DNA from: a virus
Strand: one strand, 5' to 3'
IMG/VR virus record: IMGVR_UViG_3300021961_000044
Coordinates: 28,987-92,986 of that record
Length of the DNA: 64,000 bases
Shown here piece by piece: positions 41,976 to 51,006 of this stretch (its first letter is position 1; every line of letters starts with the position of its first letter). The position numbers were made by a program, and so were the translations under genes. The notes under the pieces were generated by a model that made no database searches, was not told the origin of the DNA, and saw nothing but the letters and a program-made list of their open reading frames with translations.

Positions 41976-42318
41976 GAACAACCTTATTGAAGAAACACCC
42001 GACAGCATTAAGAATTATCCGCCATACATTATTAATCGCTGTCTTTCTGGACATTTAGATTGCGTCATGTTTGCAAACGAAATGAATAAGTATCACAACT
42101 TAGATAAGGATCTACAATATTCGTTTTATCTAAATAGTCTTAGGAAAAGAAAGAGATTTTCTCCCTGGCTCCGTAAGGATAAAGTCACAGACTTAGAATG
42201 TGTTAAGCAATACTATGGTTATAGTAATGAAAAAGCATCTGAAGCTCTTAAGATCCTGACAAAAGAACAAATTAACTTTATTAAAAAACGACTTGATGTT
42301 GGAGGAACAACAAAATGA
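41926..42318 (+). CDS. gp62: Clamp loader small subunit gp62
   Basis: LKDWLNSIN, YPPYIINR, RKRKRFSPW, YYGYS..KA. Confidence 0.92.
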   Translation: MMEYELKDWLNSINFNKNNLIEETPDSIKNYPPYIINRCLSGHLDCVMFANEMNKYHNLDKDLQYSFYLNSLRKRKRFSPWLRKDKVTDLECVKQYYGYSNEKASEALKILTKEQINFIKKRLDVGGTTK

Positions 42319-42761
42319 CAGCTAACAGTATGACAACGGAACCTGTTGTTAATTGGTCCGCTAGTGATATGATAGAAGTTCTATTGAACGAACCAGATGA
42401 TTTTTTAAAAGTACGTGAGACTTTAACTCGTATTGGAGTTGCATCTCGCAAGGAGAAAAAACTTTATCAATCCTGCCATATTCTTCATAAACAAGGAAGA
42501 TATTATATTGTTCATTTTAAGGAATTATTTGCTCTAGATGGAAAGAGAGCAAATCTTACTGTAAATGATCTTCAACGCAGAAATAGAATTGTTAGGCTTC
42601 TTGTAGACTGGGGTCTTATCTCTGTTATTGATCAAGATTCTGTCTTAGATATCGCTCCATTGAATCAAATCAAAGTCCTTGCTTATAAGGATAAGGGGGA
42701 TTGGATTTTGGAAACGAAGTATAATATTGGCAAAAAAGGAAAGGCAGTAGAAACCGAATAA
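42315..42761 (+). CDS. regA: Translational repressor RegA
   Basis: DDFLKVRETLTRIG, LYQSCHILHKQGRYYIVHFKELF. Confidence 0.97.
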   Translation: MTANSMTTEPVVNWSASDMIEVLLNEPDDFLKVRETLTRIGVASRKEKKLYQSCHILHKQGRYYIVHFKELFALDGKRANLTVNDLQRRNRIVRLLVDWGLISVIDQDSVLDIAPLNQIKVLAYKDKGDWILETKYNIGKKGKAVETE

Positions 42762-42769
42762 AAAATTAC

Positions 42770-42791
42770 GGGGGTCCACACCCCCTTTTTT
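42770..42791 (+). terminator. Rho-independent terminator after regA
   Basis: GGGGGT-ccac-ACCCCC followed by T run. Confidence 0.75.
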
Positions 42792-42868
42792 ATGCTTTCT
42801 TGTATAATTAGTAATGGATGCCGTAAGGGTCCACACAACACAAACTCGCTTTTAAAGGAGCTACCATA

Positions 42869-43303
42869 ATGACTAACCTCGCACGATACACTGCGGCAGA
42901 TCTTCCTGCGCTTATTGACCGTATAAATAAGTATAGTATTGGAATGGATGAGACGTTCGATAGACTCTTCAGAACTCACCAGACCGAATCGAATTATCCT
43001 CCATACAATCTAGTTCAGGTCAGTAGCAGCGAATCCAGACTTGAACTTGCACTAGCAGGATTTAAAAAGGAAGAAGTCAATGTCTACACACAAGACGGAA
43101 AACTTTTTGTCGAAGGACAAAAAGGCAATGATGACTCAAGCACAAATTATATCCATAGAGGAGTGGCTCAACGAAGTTTTACGCGAGCATGGACCCTTAG
43201 TGACGAAACAGAAGTTAGATCAGTTACTTTCGAGGATGGGCTTCTAGCAGTATCTTTGGGAAAGGTCGTGCCAGACCACCACCAAAGGAAAGATTGGTTT
43301 TGA
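42869..43303 (+). CDS. hsp20: Small heat shock protein Hsp20
   Basis: NYPPYN, ELALAGF, HRGVAQRSF.R, DGLL; TATAAT at 42803. Confidence 0.95.
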   Translation: MTNLARYTAADLPALIDRINKYSIGMDETFDRLFRTHQTESNYPPYNLVQVSSSESRLELALAGFKKEEVNVYTQDGKLFVEGQKGNDDSSTNYIHRGVAQRSFTRAWTLSDETEVRSVTFEDGLLAVSLGKVVPDHHQRKDWF

Positions 43304-43329
43304 TTTGATAACATTTTCTTTATAATTCA

Positions 43330-43371
43330 GTATCATAAAATACAAAAATGTTTGTTGTGATACATTATGAT
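43330..43371 (+). promoter_or_regulatory. NtcA-type promoter (GTA-N8-TAC-N22-TAN3T)
   Basis: GTAtcataaaaTAC 43330-43343, 22 nt, TATGAT 43366-43371; second imperfect box GTT-N8-TAC 43350-43363. Confidence 0.65.
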
Positions 43372-43406
43372 ATAGATAATTATGTACTCAATGGAGGCTT
43401 ACTATT

Positions 43407-43490
43407 ATGAACTTCACAGTACCAACAGTAATTATTGGATCGACTCTTTCTCTTTTTAGTTGGTTGGTCCTTCCCTCCGTCATTCCCTAA
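43407..43490 (+). CDS. Hydrophobic microprotein, 27 aa (MNFTVPTVIIGSTLSLFSWLVLPSVIP)
   Basis: GGAGG at 43393-43397, ATG 43407; single-TM character. Confidence 0.6.
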   Translation: MNFTVPTVIIGSTLSLFSWLVLPSVIP

Positions 43491-43500
43491 CCCACCACCT

Positions 43501-43578
43501 ATGGAAATCATCGCAACATTCGCACTACTCGGTTCTGCTATCTTCGGAGCATATAAATTAACTCCTAAAATCAAATAA
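43501..43578 (+). CDS. Hydrophobic microprotein, 25 aa (MEIIATFALLGSAIFGAYKLTPKIK)
   Basis: 10 nt after previous stop; TM segment followed by basic tail. Confidence 0.55.
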   Translation: MEIIATFALLGSAIFGAYKLTPKIK

Positions 43579-43609
43579 ATAAAACTGAATATCGTCGGCG
43601 CAATGCCAC

Positions 43610-43650
43610 GAGGGGTAACTGGCAAAATCCAGTTGACACCCCTCTTTTTT
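43610..43650 (+). terminator. Long bulged hairpin terminator
   Basis: GAGGGGT/ACCCCTC and AACTGG/CCAGTT stems, GAC bulge, T run. Confidence 0.8.
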
Positions 43651-43661
43651 ATTGTTAGAAT
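43633..43661 (+). promoter_or_regulatory. sigma70-type promoter for the gp43 operon
   Basis: TTGACA-N17-TAGAAT with extended -10 TG. Confidence 0.8.
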
Positions 43662-43680
43662 AAGTGAAAACGGAGAAACA

Positions 43681-43851
43681 ATGACAACAAAAACCCATAT
43701 CATTGAAAAGAAGGACTCCAAACATTCCCAAACATGGGAGTGGGAAGAAACTCCAGAACTGATTGAAGCACTCAAAAAAGTTCATCAATTAAGTTCTACT
43801 ACTGAACTTAAAGCGCCAAACAAACCAAATACAATTAACGATAAAAAATGA
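43681..43851 (+). CDS. Hypothetical protein
   Basis: GGAG RBS at 43672; WEWEETPEL motif. Confidence 0.6.
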   Translation: MTTKTHIIEKKDSKHSQTWEWEETPELIEALKKVHQLSSTTELKAPNKPNTINDKK

Positions 43852-44210
43852 CAGTAAAATTAATCTTACTTAAGTCTGGAGAAGATGTTATCTGCGATAT
43901 TTCCGAAATGGTCGTAGGTGAAGGAGAAAATGAAAGAGTGGTTGGATATTATCTTGATAAACCTTGCCTAGTAAAAATGCGAGATCCTGCTCCAGTTGAT
44001 TCTCCTACTCCTATGGTGAAGCTTTCCGAGAATGCAAAGCAAACTGGATTCCAGGTATCACTTTTTCCATGGATGCCACTCTCTAAAAATAGAGTTATTC
44101 CTATTGTAGCAGAATGGCTTGTAACTATGACTGATCCAATAGATAGACTTGTAGAACTGTACAATGAGGCTCAATTAAAAGATGACGAAGATCCTAGTCC
44201 TGACAAATAA
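43848..44210 (+). CDS. Conserved hypothetical protein (Sm-like)
   Basis: VKLILLKSGEDVI, PWMPLS. Confidence 0.7.
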   Translation: MTVKLILLKSGEDVICDISEMVVGEGENERVVGYYLDKPCLVKMRDPAPVDSPTPMVKLSENAKQTGFQVSLFPWMPLSKNRVIPIVAEWLVTMTDPIDRLVELYNEAQLKDDEDPSPDK

Positions 44211-44430
44211 TCAAATTCTAATCTGCAGAATCGAAGAAGTTGGTGCTGACATTGGAGAACCAGACTGCAAATTAGTAGAACCATTTTTGATCAATTCTGA
44301 TAGAACATTGTCTCCATGGTTGATCGATGTGAGTGTTCAAAATACATTCATGATTAGTTCGGAAAAGATTTTGACAATTGCAGATCCAACTTCAGAACTA
44401 TTAGAAAAATACAATTCTCTTATTAAATAA
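44182..44430 (+). CDS. Conserved hypothetical protein
   Basis: IGEPDCKL..P, ISSEKILTIADP. Confidence 0.7.
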   Translation: MTKILVLTNNQILICRIEEVGADIGEPDCKLVEPFLINSDRTLSPWLIDVSVQNTFMISSEKILTIADPTSELLEKYNSLIK

Positions 44431-44663
44431 TGGCACTCTCAAAAACTACATTAGATCATCTTCTAGAAGCAAAGTCTCACATTCGTGCTGCAATTAAATG
44501 TGCAGCTGTTAACGAAAAACCATTAGTCATCAAGCAATTATCCGAAATGCTTATGGGTATGGAGCAATTGGAAAAGTTTGACGAAATTATGGATATGTTG
44601 GATAATAGAGCATCAGGGTCTAGAGGTAAGTTCGGTCCCTTTTTTACTGATGGTGAGGAATGA
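44430..44663 (+). CDS. Hypothetical protein
   Basis: 77-aa ORF coupled to neighbours. Confidence 0.65.
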   Translation: MALSKTTLDHLLEAKSHIRAAIKCAAVNEKPLVIKQLSEMLMGMEQLEKFDEIMDMLDNRASGSRGKFGPFFTDGEE

Positions 44664-47155
44664 AGTTTTACACTAATGTTCAATTGATTGGAAATCAATT
44701 CCTAGTTCGTGGAGTTGAGAATGGAAAAAGATTTGAAACAAGAGAACAGTTTCAACCTGTTTTGTTTGTTAAATCCAAAAAAGATTCTAAGTATAAAACT
44801 TTGTCAGGAGAACCAGTAGAACCAATTCGCCCTGGTTCTGTAAAAGATTGCAGAGAGTTCATCAAAAAATATGATGAGATCGATGGATTTGAAATCTACG
44901 GAAATGAAAGATATATCTATCAATATATTTCTGAAAATTATCCACAAGAAAACCTTGAGTTTGATGCAAAGCAAATCAAGTTAGTTACTCTTGATATTGA
45001 AGTTTCTTCCGAAGAAGGATTCCCAGACGTAGAATCCTGTTCGGAAGAAATTCTTGCCATTACAATACAAGATAATTCCACAAAGAAAATTGTTACTTGG
45101 GGGCAAAAACCTTTTAGAAATGATCGTGATGATGTGGTCTACCATCATTGTCCAACAGAAAAAGAATTACTCTCAAGTTTTATTAATTATTGGATGGTTG
45201 ATGTTCCAGATGTTGTAACTGGTTGGAACATTGAATTTTATGATATTCCTTATATTTGCAAGAGACTTGATCGAGTTCTCGGTGAAAAACTAATGAAGCG
45301 TTTTTCACCTTGGGGTCTTGTTACTGAGGGAGAAGTGTATATTAATGGAAGAAAAAACACTACTTTCGATGTTGGAGGAATCACCCAACTAGATTATCTT
45401 GCTCTGTATAAAAAGTTTACATACAAAGCACAAGAATCATATCGTCTTGACTACATAGCTGAGGTAGAACTTGGTCAGAAGAAACTTGACCACTCAGAGT
45501 TCGATACATTTAAAGAATTTTACACTCATGGGTGGCAAAAATTTATTGAATATAACATCGTTGACGTAGAACTTGTTGATCGTCTAGAAGATAAGATGAA
45601 ACTCATTGAGTTGGCACTCACTATGGCATATGATGCTAAGGTAAATTATGGAGATGTTTTCTATCAAGTAAGGATGTGGGATAACATCATTTATAACTAC
45701 TTGAAGAACAGAGACATTGTTATCCCCCCCAAAAATAAGTCTCAAAAAAACGAAAAGTATGCGGGGGCATATGTCAAGGAACCGATTCCTGGAAAGTATG
45801 ACTGGGTTGTGTCTTTTGACCTTAATTCTCTTTATCCTCATCTTATTATGCAGTACAACATCTCGCCAGAGACACTACTGGAGGAACGACACCCAACGGC
45901 TACAGTTGATAAGGTACTTAATGAAGAGATAAACTTTGAGTTGTATAAAGATTATTCTGTTTGTGCTAACGGAGCAATGTATCGTAAGGACAAACGTGGG
46001 TTTCTTCCAGAACTCATGGATAAGATGTACAATGACCGAGTTAAGTTTAAAAAGATGATGCTTCAGGCGAAGCAGGAAAACGAGAAGAATCCTTCAATCA
46101 AATTGAAGAAAGAAATATCTCGATGCAACAATATCCAAATGGCAAAGAAAATTCAACTTAACTCTGCTTATGGTGCTATTGGCAATCAGTATTTTAGATA
46201 CTATAAACTTGCAAACGCAGAAGCGATTACACTTTCTGGGCAAGTTTCTATCCGATGGATAGAAATGAAAATGAATAAGTATCTAAATACTCTTTTAAAA
46301 ACAGATGAAGTCGATTATGTTATCGCATCTGACACTGATTCAATCTATCTTAATATGGGACCTCTTGTTACTAAATTTTTTAGTAATAAGTCTGACGATA
46401 AAGCAGCGATTGTGGGGATACTTGATAAGATCTGTCAAGACAAGTTGGAACCATTCATCGAATCCAGTTATCAGGAACTTGCGAATTACGTTTCGGCATA
46501 TGAACAGAAAATGAGCATGAAGCGTGAGAACATTGCTGATAGTGGAATTTGGACTGCAAAGAAAAGATATATTCTTAATGTTTGGAATAGTGAAGGAGTT
46601 GCATATTCGGAACCAAAATTAAAGATGATGGGAATTGAAGCAGTAAAATCATCTACTCCTGCTCCATGTAGGAAAATGATTAAGGATGCTTTGAAAATTA
46701 TGATGGAAGGCACTGAAGATGATGTAATTAAATTCATTGATAATGCAAGAAGTAAGTTTAATGAACTTCCTCCAGAACAAATTTCTTTTCCTAGATCTGT
46801 ATCTGATGTAGTTAAATATCATTCTAGTTCTGATATTTACAAGAAAGGAACACCTATTCATGTAAGAGGAGCACTTTTGTTTAATCATCATATCAAACAA
46901 AACAAGTTGACGAACAAATATTCTCTTATTCAGAATGGAGAAAAAATTAAATTTTGTTATTTAAAAAGTCCCAATCCTATGCATGAAAATGTTATTTCAT
47001 TTATTCAAGAATTTCCCACAGAACTTAATCTTGACAAATATGTAGATTATGATTTACAATTTGAAAAGTCCTTTTTAGAACCTCTCAAATCGATTCTTGA
47101 TGCAATAGGTTGGAGAGTGGAAAAAACTATTAATTTGGAGATGTTTTTCTCATGA
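44660..47155 (+). CDS. gp43: Family B DNA polymerase gp43
   Basis: DIE exonuclease, SFDLNSLYP, K..LNSAYG, SDTDS. Confidence 0.98.
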   Translation: MKFYTNVQLIGNQFLVRGVENGKRFETREQFQPVLFVKSKKDSKYKTLSGEPVEPIRPGSVKDCREFIKKYDEIDGFEIYGNERYIYQYISENYPQENLEFDAKQIKLVTLDIEVSSEEGFPDVESCSEEILAITIQDNSTKKIVTWGQKPFRNDRDDVVYHHCPTEKELLSSFINYWMVDVPDVVTGWNIEFYDIPYICKRLDRVLGEKLMKRFSPWGLVTEGEVYINGRKNTTFDVGGITQLDYLALYKKFTYKAQESYRLDYIAEVELGQKKLDHSEFDTFKEFYTHGWQKFIEYNIVDVELVDRLEDKMKLIELALTMAYDAKVNYGDVFYQVRMWDNIIYNYLKNRDIVIPPKNKSQKNEKYAGAYVKEPIPGKYDWVVSFDLNSLYPHLIMQYNISPETLLEERHPTATVDKVLNEEINFELYKDYSVCANGAMYRKDKRGFLPELMDKMYNDRVKFKKMMLQAKQENEKNPSIKLKKEISRCNNIQMAKKIQLNSAYGAIGNQYFRYYKLANAEAITLSGQVSIRWIEMKMNKYLNTLLKTDEVDYVIASDTDSIYLNMGPLVTKFFSNKSDDKAAIVGILDKICQDKLEPFIESSYQELANYVSAYEQKMSMKRENIADSGIWTAKKRYILNVWNSEGVAYSEPKLKMMGIEAVKSSTPAPCRKMIKDALKIMMEGTEDDVIKFIDNARSKFNELPPEQISFPRSVSDVVKYHSSSDIYKKGTPIHVRGALLFNHHIKQNKLTNKYSLIQNGEKIKFCYLKSPNPMHENVISFIQEFPTELNLDKYVDYDLQFEKSFLEPLKSILDAIGWRVEKTINLEMFFS

Positions 47156-47346
47156 CAGAATATCTAGTAGATGATGGCGAATCAAAACAAGACAAATGGA
47201 ACCGAGGGTTGGATTTGTTTATAGAATCTGTACTAAAACCTGATTCAGAATTACGTCAGTGTGCTCATGAACAAAGATGTTATCATGAATTAATGGATAT
47301 TCGTAAAAATATTCTTGATCATTTGGATTCTATTAGGTGGCATTGA
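47152..47346 (+). CDS. Hypothetical protein
   Basis: 64-aa ORF coupled to gp43. Confidence 0.65.
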   Translation: MTEYLVDDGESKQDKWNRGLDLFIESVLKPDSELRQCAHEQRCYHELMDIRKNILDHLDSIRWH

Positions 47347-47516
47347 TGGATCTTCCTATTAATGATAAAGAACTTGGCATAATTGTAAATGCTTTACTTC
47401 TTGGTGGAGACTCTTCTTTATACCAAAAACTAAAAATCATCAAAGAGATTCGTGAAGAAAATCCTGATGGTCCTTATAAAAAAATTGCAAGAGAAAAATT
47501 TGGGTTTGTTATCTAA
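47346..47516 (+). CDS. Small hypothetical protein (56 aa, not in ORF track)
   Basis: MDLPINDKEL...LGGDSSLYQKL...; TGATG/TAATG coupling at both ends. Confidence 0.65.
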   Translation: MDLPINDKELGIIVNALLLGGDSSLYQKLKIIKEIREENPDGPYKKIAREKFGFVI

Positions 47517-47977
47517 TGTTTTTTAAAAAAATTAGTTTAGTTACTGGTGGATTTGATCCAATTCATAGTGGACATATATCTTATTTCACAAGAGCTAAAG
47601 ATTTTTCCGATTATCTTGTAGTCGGACTTAATACAAACGAATGGTTAACTAATAAAAAAGGTCAATATTTTCAGTCCTGGGTTGAGAGGGCAGATATAAT
47701 TCGTCATCTCAATATGGTTGATGCTGTAATCACTGTTCCTGATGATGAAGTTGGATCTGCTTGTGGTGCAATTGCTAAATGCTTAGAGATTGCAGATACC
47801 GTTGTTTTTTGTAACGGTGGAGATAGAGGATCCTCCAATACTCCTGAATTGGATATGTATGGCAATAACCCAAGAGTTCAATTTGAATTTGGAATTGGTG
47901 GAGATGAAAAAATGAACAGTAGTTCATGGATCCTTAGGGGTTATTTTGAAAGACAAAGAAAATTATTGGGAATTTGA
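47516..47977 (+). CDS. Cytidylyltransferase-family protein (HIGH motif)
   Basis: TGGFDPIHSGH, NGGDR, NSSSWIL. Confidence 0.85.
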   Translation: MFFKKISLVTGGFDPIHSGHISYFTRAKDFSDYLVVGLNTNEWLTNKKGQYFQSWVERADIIRHLNMVDAVITVPDDEVGSACGAIAKCLEIADTVVFCNGGDRGSSNTPELDMYGNNPRVQFEFGIGGDEKMNSSSWILRGYFERQRKLLGI

Positions 47978-47978
47978 C

Positions 47979-48983
47979 ATGGATTTTTTAAAAGAAATTG
48001 TAAAGGAAGTTGGGGACGAATTTGCTCAACTTGCATCTGACATTGACGAGACCGAAACTTATGTGGACACAGGTTCGTACATTTTTAACGCACTGGTTTC
48101 AGGTAGCATATTTGGTGGTGTATCTGGGAATAAGATTACTGCTATTGCTGGAGAGTCTTCTACTGGAAAGACTTTCTTCAGTCTCGCCGTTGTTAAGAAT
48201 TTTCTTGATTCCAATCCCGATGGTTATTGTCTCTATTTTGATACTGAGGCAGCTGTTAATAAGTCCTTACTTGACTCTAGGGGTATTGACTTAAATCGAC
48301 TGGTCGTTGTAAATGTTGTTACTATTGAAGAGTTTCGTAGTAAAGCTCTTAGGGCAGTAGATATATACTTAAAAAAACCTTTAGACGAGCGTAAACCATG
48401 TATGTTTGTGCTAGACTCTTTAGGTATGCTCTCCACTGAAAAGGAGATCACTGATGCACTCAACGACAAACAAGTCCGCGACATGACCAAATCTCAACTG
48501 GTCAAAGGTGCATTCCGTATGCTCACCCTCAAATTAGGACAAGCAAATGTTCCGCTCATTGTCACGAATCACACGTATGATGTCATCGGAGCTTACGTAC
48601 CAACGAAAGAAATGGGCGGAGGTTCTGGACTCAAATACGCAGCAAGCACGATCATTCATCTCAGCAAAAAGAAAGAAAAAGATGGAACAGAAGTGGTCGG
48701 CAATCTTATCAAAGCTAAGACTGCTAAGTCGCGTCTGAGTAAGGAGAATAAGGATGTTACGGTACGTCTGTATTACGATGAGCGTGGTCTTGATCGTTAT
48801 TACGGTCTTCTTGAACTCGGTGAGATTGGTGGACTTTGGAAGAATGTCGCAGGTCGCTATGAGATAGATGGTAAGAAAATCTATGCCAAGCAAATTCTTA
48901 AAGAACCAGAAACATACTTCACTCCAGAAGTTATGGAACAACTAGATAAAATAGCACGTCAGGAGTTCAGTTATGGATCTTAA
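47979..48983 (+). CDS. uvsX: RecA-like recombinase UvsX
   Basis: GESSTGKT, FDTE, DSLG, MGGGSG..YAAS. Confidence 0.95.
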   Translation: MDFLKEIVKEVGDEFAQLASDIDETETYVDTGSYIFNALVSGSIFGGVSGNKITAIAGESSTGKTFFSLAVVKNFLDSNPDGYCLYFDTEAAVNKSLLDSRGIDLNRLVVVNVVTIEEFRSKALRAVDIYLKKPLDERKPCMFVLDSLGMLSTEKEITDALNDKQVRDMTKSQLVKGAFRMLTLKLGQANVPLIVTNHTYDVIGAYVPTKEMGGGSGLKYAASTIIHLSKKKEKDGTEVVGNLIKAKTAKSRLSKENKDVTVRLYYDERGLDRYYGLLELGEIGGLWKNVAGRYEIDGKKIYAKQILKEPETYFTPEVMEQLDKIARQEFSYGS

Positions 48984-49107
48984 TCCCAAAAAGAAAGAAG
49001 TAGACAAAAGCAAAGACTTTAAAGAAAGTGGAATGACTTTAATTACGGAACCTGAAAGTGACAAATACCTCAAACCAACAACAAAACATAATCCTCCTAA
49101 AAACTGA
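48973..49107 (+). CDS. Small hypothetical protein (44 aa, not in ORF track)
   Basis: MDLNPKKKEVDKSKDFKESGMTLITEPESDKYL... Confidence 0.45.
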   Translation: MDLNPKKKEVDKSKDFKESGMTLITEPESDKYLKPTTKHNPPKN

Positions 49108-49651
49108 TATAGATGTATCTAAAATAAAAAAACAGTTAGATGAATACAAATCAGATTGGGGATCACAAAAAACTCTTGACAACACAGACGTTCAGGATCC
49201 CCACAAATACCTTACAACTGTAGATGTTCTGCAGTTGATTATGGGAGGACTAGAAAAACCAGGACAATATGTTGGTGATAGTGAGATCTGCATCAAAACT
49301 CCTGCATATAATAACCACACTGCAGTCATAGAATACTTAAACCAGTATTTCTCTGATATTCGTAGATGTGGTTTTCTTTCTCTGCCCCCAAATGGAATCG
49401 TAGGTGCTCACATCGACGAAGGAACATACTATCTCAATAAAGATAGATATCATTTGTCCATTCAAGGAACATATCGTTACTTTGTTGGAAATCAGGCTTT
49501 AAATGTTGTACCAGGTATGCTATTCTGGTTCAATAACAAACTACCTCATGGTACAGTTAACACTGGTGATGAAACACGAATCACCTTTGTATTTGATGTG
49601 CCACATTCTCCAGATAATTTGCAAAACCAATGGACAAAGTTGAAATCCTAA
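49058..49651 (+). CDS. 2OG-Fe(II) oxygenase, aspartyl/asparaginyl beta-hydroxylase-like
   Basis: HID...RYHL...WFNNK.PH...N.G...R...VFD. Confidence 0.8.
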   Translation: MTNTSNQQQNIILLKTDIDVSKIKKQLDEYKSDWGSQKTLDNTDVQDPHKYLTTVDVLQLIMGGLEKPGQYVGDSEICIKTPAYNNHTAVIEYLNQYFSDIRRCGFLSLPPNGIVGAHIDEGTYYLNKDRYHLSIQGTYRYFVGNQALNVVPGMLFWFNNKLPHGTVNTGDETRITFVFDVPHSPDNLQNQWTKLKS

Positions 49652-51006
49652 TTCTAAGAAATCTTCTTTATAATGAGGAGTATTTACGTAAGGTAGTTCC
49701 TTTTATTAAACCAGATTATTTTGAAGATTCTCAGCAAAGAATTGTATTTGAGGAAATTCTTAACTTTGTTCAGCAATACAATCAACCTGCCAGTAAAGAA
49801 ATTCTTTGTATCGAAGTAGAAAAACGTCAAGATATTAATGACACAATTTTTACTGAGATTACAAAGTTTATCAGTTACCTTGAGGATGTTCCTACTGATT
49901 TTGATTGGTTAATTGATACTACTGAGAAGTGGTGTCGGGATCGTGCTATTTACCTAGCACTGATGGAATCCATTGCTCTTGCTGATGGAAAGGATGAGAA
50001 AAAAGGTAGAGACTCTATCCCAAGCATTCTTTCCGATGCTCTCGCGGTTTCTTTTGATACTCACATTGGTCACGATTATCTGCAAGACTATGAACAACGT
50101 TACGAAACATATCATAGAAAAGAGGAGAAAATCCCATTTGATCTTGAATTCTTTAACAAGATTACAAAAGGTGGTTTGCCTAACAAGACTCTCAACATCG
50201 CTCTTGCTGGTACGGGCGTCGGAAAGTCTCTATTCATGTGCCACGTTGCTAGTTCCGTTTTATTGCAGGGAAAAAACGTTCTCTACATCACACTTGAGAT
50301 GGCAGAGGAACGAATTGCTGAACGAATTGATGCCAATCTTCTCAATGTTCCAATCCAAGAAATCTCAGAACTTCCGAAAGTGATGTTCGAGAACAAAGTA
50401 ACTAATCTTGCAAAGAAGACTCAAGGAACTCTTATAATTAAAGAGTATCCTACCGCTAGTGCCCATAGTGGACATTTTAAATCACTTCTTAATGAACTTG
50501 CACTTAAGAAGTCATTTAGACCTGATATTATTTTCATCGATTACCTTAATATATGTGCTTCCTCTAGGTATCGCGGAAACAGCACTGTCAATTCATATTC
50601 GTATATCAAAGCTATTGCTGAAGAGCTTAGAGGGTTGGCTGTTGAAGCAAACGTCCCTATCGTTTCTGCCACGCAGACCACTCGTTCTGGTTATGGTAGC
50701 AGTGATGTTGAACTTACTGATACTAGCGAGTCCTTTGGTCTCCCTGCTACTGCTGATCTTATGTTTGCCCTTATTTCTACTGATGACCTTGAAGGGCTTG
50801 GACAGATTATGGTAAAACAACTTAAGAATCGTTATAATGATCCAACTATTTTTAAACGTTTCGTAGTTGGTATTGATCGCGCTAAAATGCGTTTATATGA
50901 TTGCGAGCAATCAGCTCAGAACGACATTATTGACAATGGAGTTGAAGAAGAGTATGATTATGAGGAATCAAAAGCAAAGAAAACCTTTGAGGGATTTAAA
51001 TTCTAA
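49630..51006 (+). CDS. gp41: Replicative helicase gp41
   Basis: AGTGVGKS, TLEM, IDYL, SATQ, KQLKNRY. Confidence 0.96.
   Translation: MDKVEILILRNLLYNEEYLRKVVPFIKPDYFEDSQQRIVFEEILNFVQQYNQPASKEILCIEVEKRQDINDTIFTEITKFISYLEDVPTDFDWLIDTTEKWCRDRAIYLALMESIALADGKDEKKGRDSIPSILSDALAVSFDTHIGHDYLQDYEQRYETYHRKEEKIPFDLEFFNKITKGGLPNKTLNIALAGTGVGKSLFMCHVASSVLLQGKNVLYITLEMAEERIAERIDANLLNVPIQEISELPKVMFENKVTNLAKKTQGTLIIKEYPTASAHSGHFKSLLNELALKKSFRPDIIFIDYLNICASSRYRGNSTVNSYSYIKAIAEELRGLAVEANVPIVSATQTTRSGYGSSDVELTDTSESFGLPATADLMFALISTDDLEGLGQIMVKQLKNRYNDPTIFKRFVVGIDRAKMRLYDCEQSAQNDIIDNGVEEEYDYEESKAKKTFEGFKF

Noticed and set aside
43585-43650. glnA/glutamine riboswitch suggested by the ATCGT start near an NtcA box
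   Set aside because: Lacks the GGAAGTA...GAAGGAACG core as I recall it; an Rfam scan would settle it
43603-43680. N-terminal extension of the ORF-track call 43603-43851
   Set aside because: It runs through a terminator and promoter; ATG 43681 has a GGAG RBS
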